A stretch of 64,000 nucleotides of DNA. Source: an uncultured bacterium. Its GTDB lineage: Bacteria > Zhuqueibacterota > QNDG01 > DTFT01. The notes under the pieces were generated by a model that was given only the letters and a program-made list of their open reading frames with translations, was not told the origin of the DNA and searched no databases. Both the position numbers and the translations under genes were made by a program. Positions within the stretch are counted from its first letter, which is position 1. The number at the start of each line of letters is the position of its first letter. The stretch covers positions 64,001 through 128,000 of the forward strand of contig CAVTNR010000003.1 in the NCBI GenBank assembly GCA_963736115.1, given 5' to 3'. This document shows, piece by piece, positions 63,554-64,000 of the stretch.

Positions 63554-64000
63554 ATGAAGAAAATCAGAATCGGATTTCTCCATTCCCTGATCCGGCTGGA
63601 CGAAAAGCTCATCCTGGACGAGTTCAGGACGCGCGGGGACGTCGACCTGGAAATGGTGGACGACCGGCAGATCACGTTCCAGCTGGGAAAGGACCGGGAC
63701 CGGTTCGGGTTCGACGTCGTTCTGGAGCGCTGCATCAACCATTCGCGCGCCCTGCACGCGCTGGTGATCTTCGAAAGCGCGGGCATTCGCTGCGTCAACA
63801 CAGCGAAAGTCGCCACCACCTGCGGAGACAAACTGCTGACGTCGCTCGCCCTGAAGGTGCACGGCGTTCCCCAGCCCGAGGTGCGCGTGGCGTTCACCGA
63901 AGAATCGGCGCTCAAGGCCATCGAAGAGATGGGTTACCCGGTCGTGCTCAAACCGGCCGTGGGATCCTGGGGCCGGCTGCTGGCCAAGGTCAACGACCGG
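63554..64000 (+). CDS. lysX: LysX alpha-aminoadipate--LysW ligase (3' truncated)
   Basis: Manual translation IRLDEKLI..VLERCINHSR..CGDKLLTS..GYPVVLKPAVGSWGRLLAKVNDR. Confidence 0.93.
   Translation, partial: MKKIRIGFLHSLIRLDEKLILDEFRTRGDVDLEMVDDRQITFQLGKDRDRFGFDVVLERCINHSRALHALVIFESAGIRCVNTAKVATTCGDKLLTSLALKVHGVPQPEVRVAFTEESALKAIEEMGYPVVLKPAVGSWGRLLAKVNDR

Overview
GC-rich (roughly 60%) chromosomal segment of a diderm bacterium. Several T9SS/FlgD-type C-terminal sorting domains, PorV-like barrels, Omp85 fusions and LysW-type lysine genes suggest an FCB-group lineage such as KSB1 or relatives (inference). Left to right: (1) a polysaccharide-utilisation-like cluster (3' end of a TonB-dependent receptor, a 1.1-kaa CTD cargo protein, a PorV-like barrel, GH97, a CBM4-like protein, a frameshifted GH99/71-like enzyme, a GH5 mannanase-like enzyme) with no SusD in the visible part; (2) a minus-strand run of AsmA/YdbH-like bridge protein, DUF1318 lipoprotein and a 2744-aa exported propeller-TPR protein with one dead and one intact CHAT (caspase-like) domain; (3) KamA-like radical SAM, a low-GC accessory patch, GT39, a MazF-type TA pair, AlaX, DsbD and a metalloprotease-propeller-Omp85 protein; (4) icd and acn directly downstream of a four-gene candidate signalling system (giant Ig-repeat surface protein, PorV-TPR, HATPase-HAMP-PP2C kinase/phosphatase, STAS), where the last two carry DNA-binding domains resembling the IS481 transposase N-terminus; (5) PlpD-like patatin-Omp85, a TraF-like barrel, a Nudix hydrolase and the start of a lysW-homocitrate synthase-lysX operon. 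Intergenic spaces hold at least five families of REP/MITE-like palindromes, some nested. No rRNA, tRNA, CRISPR array or intact transposase was recognised. All calls come from reading motifs by eye; no database search was run.
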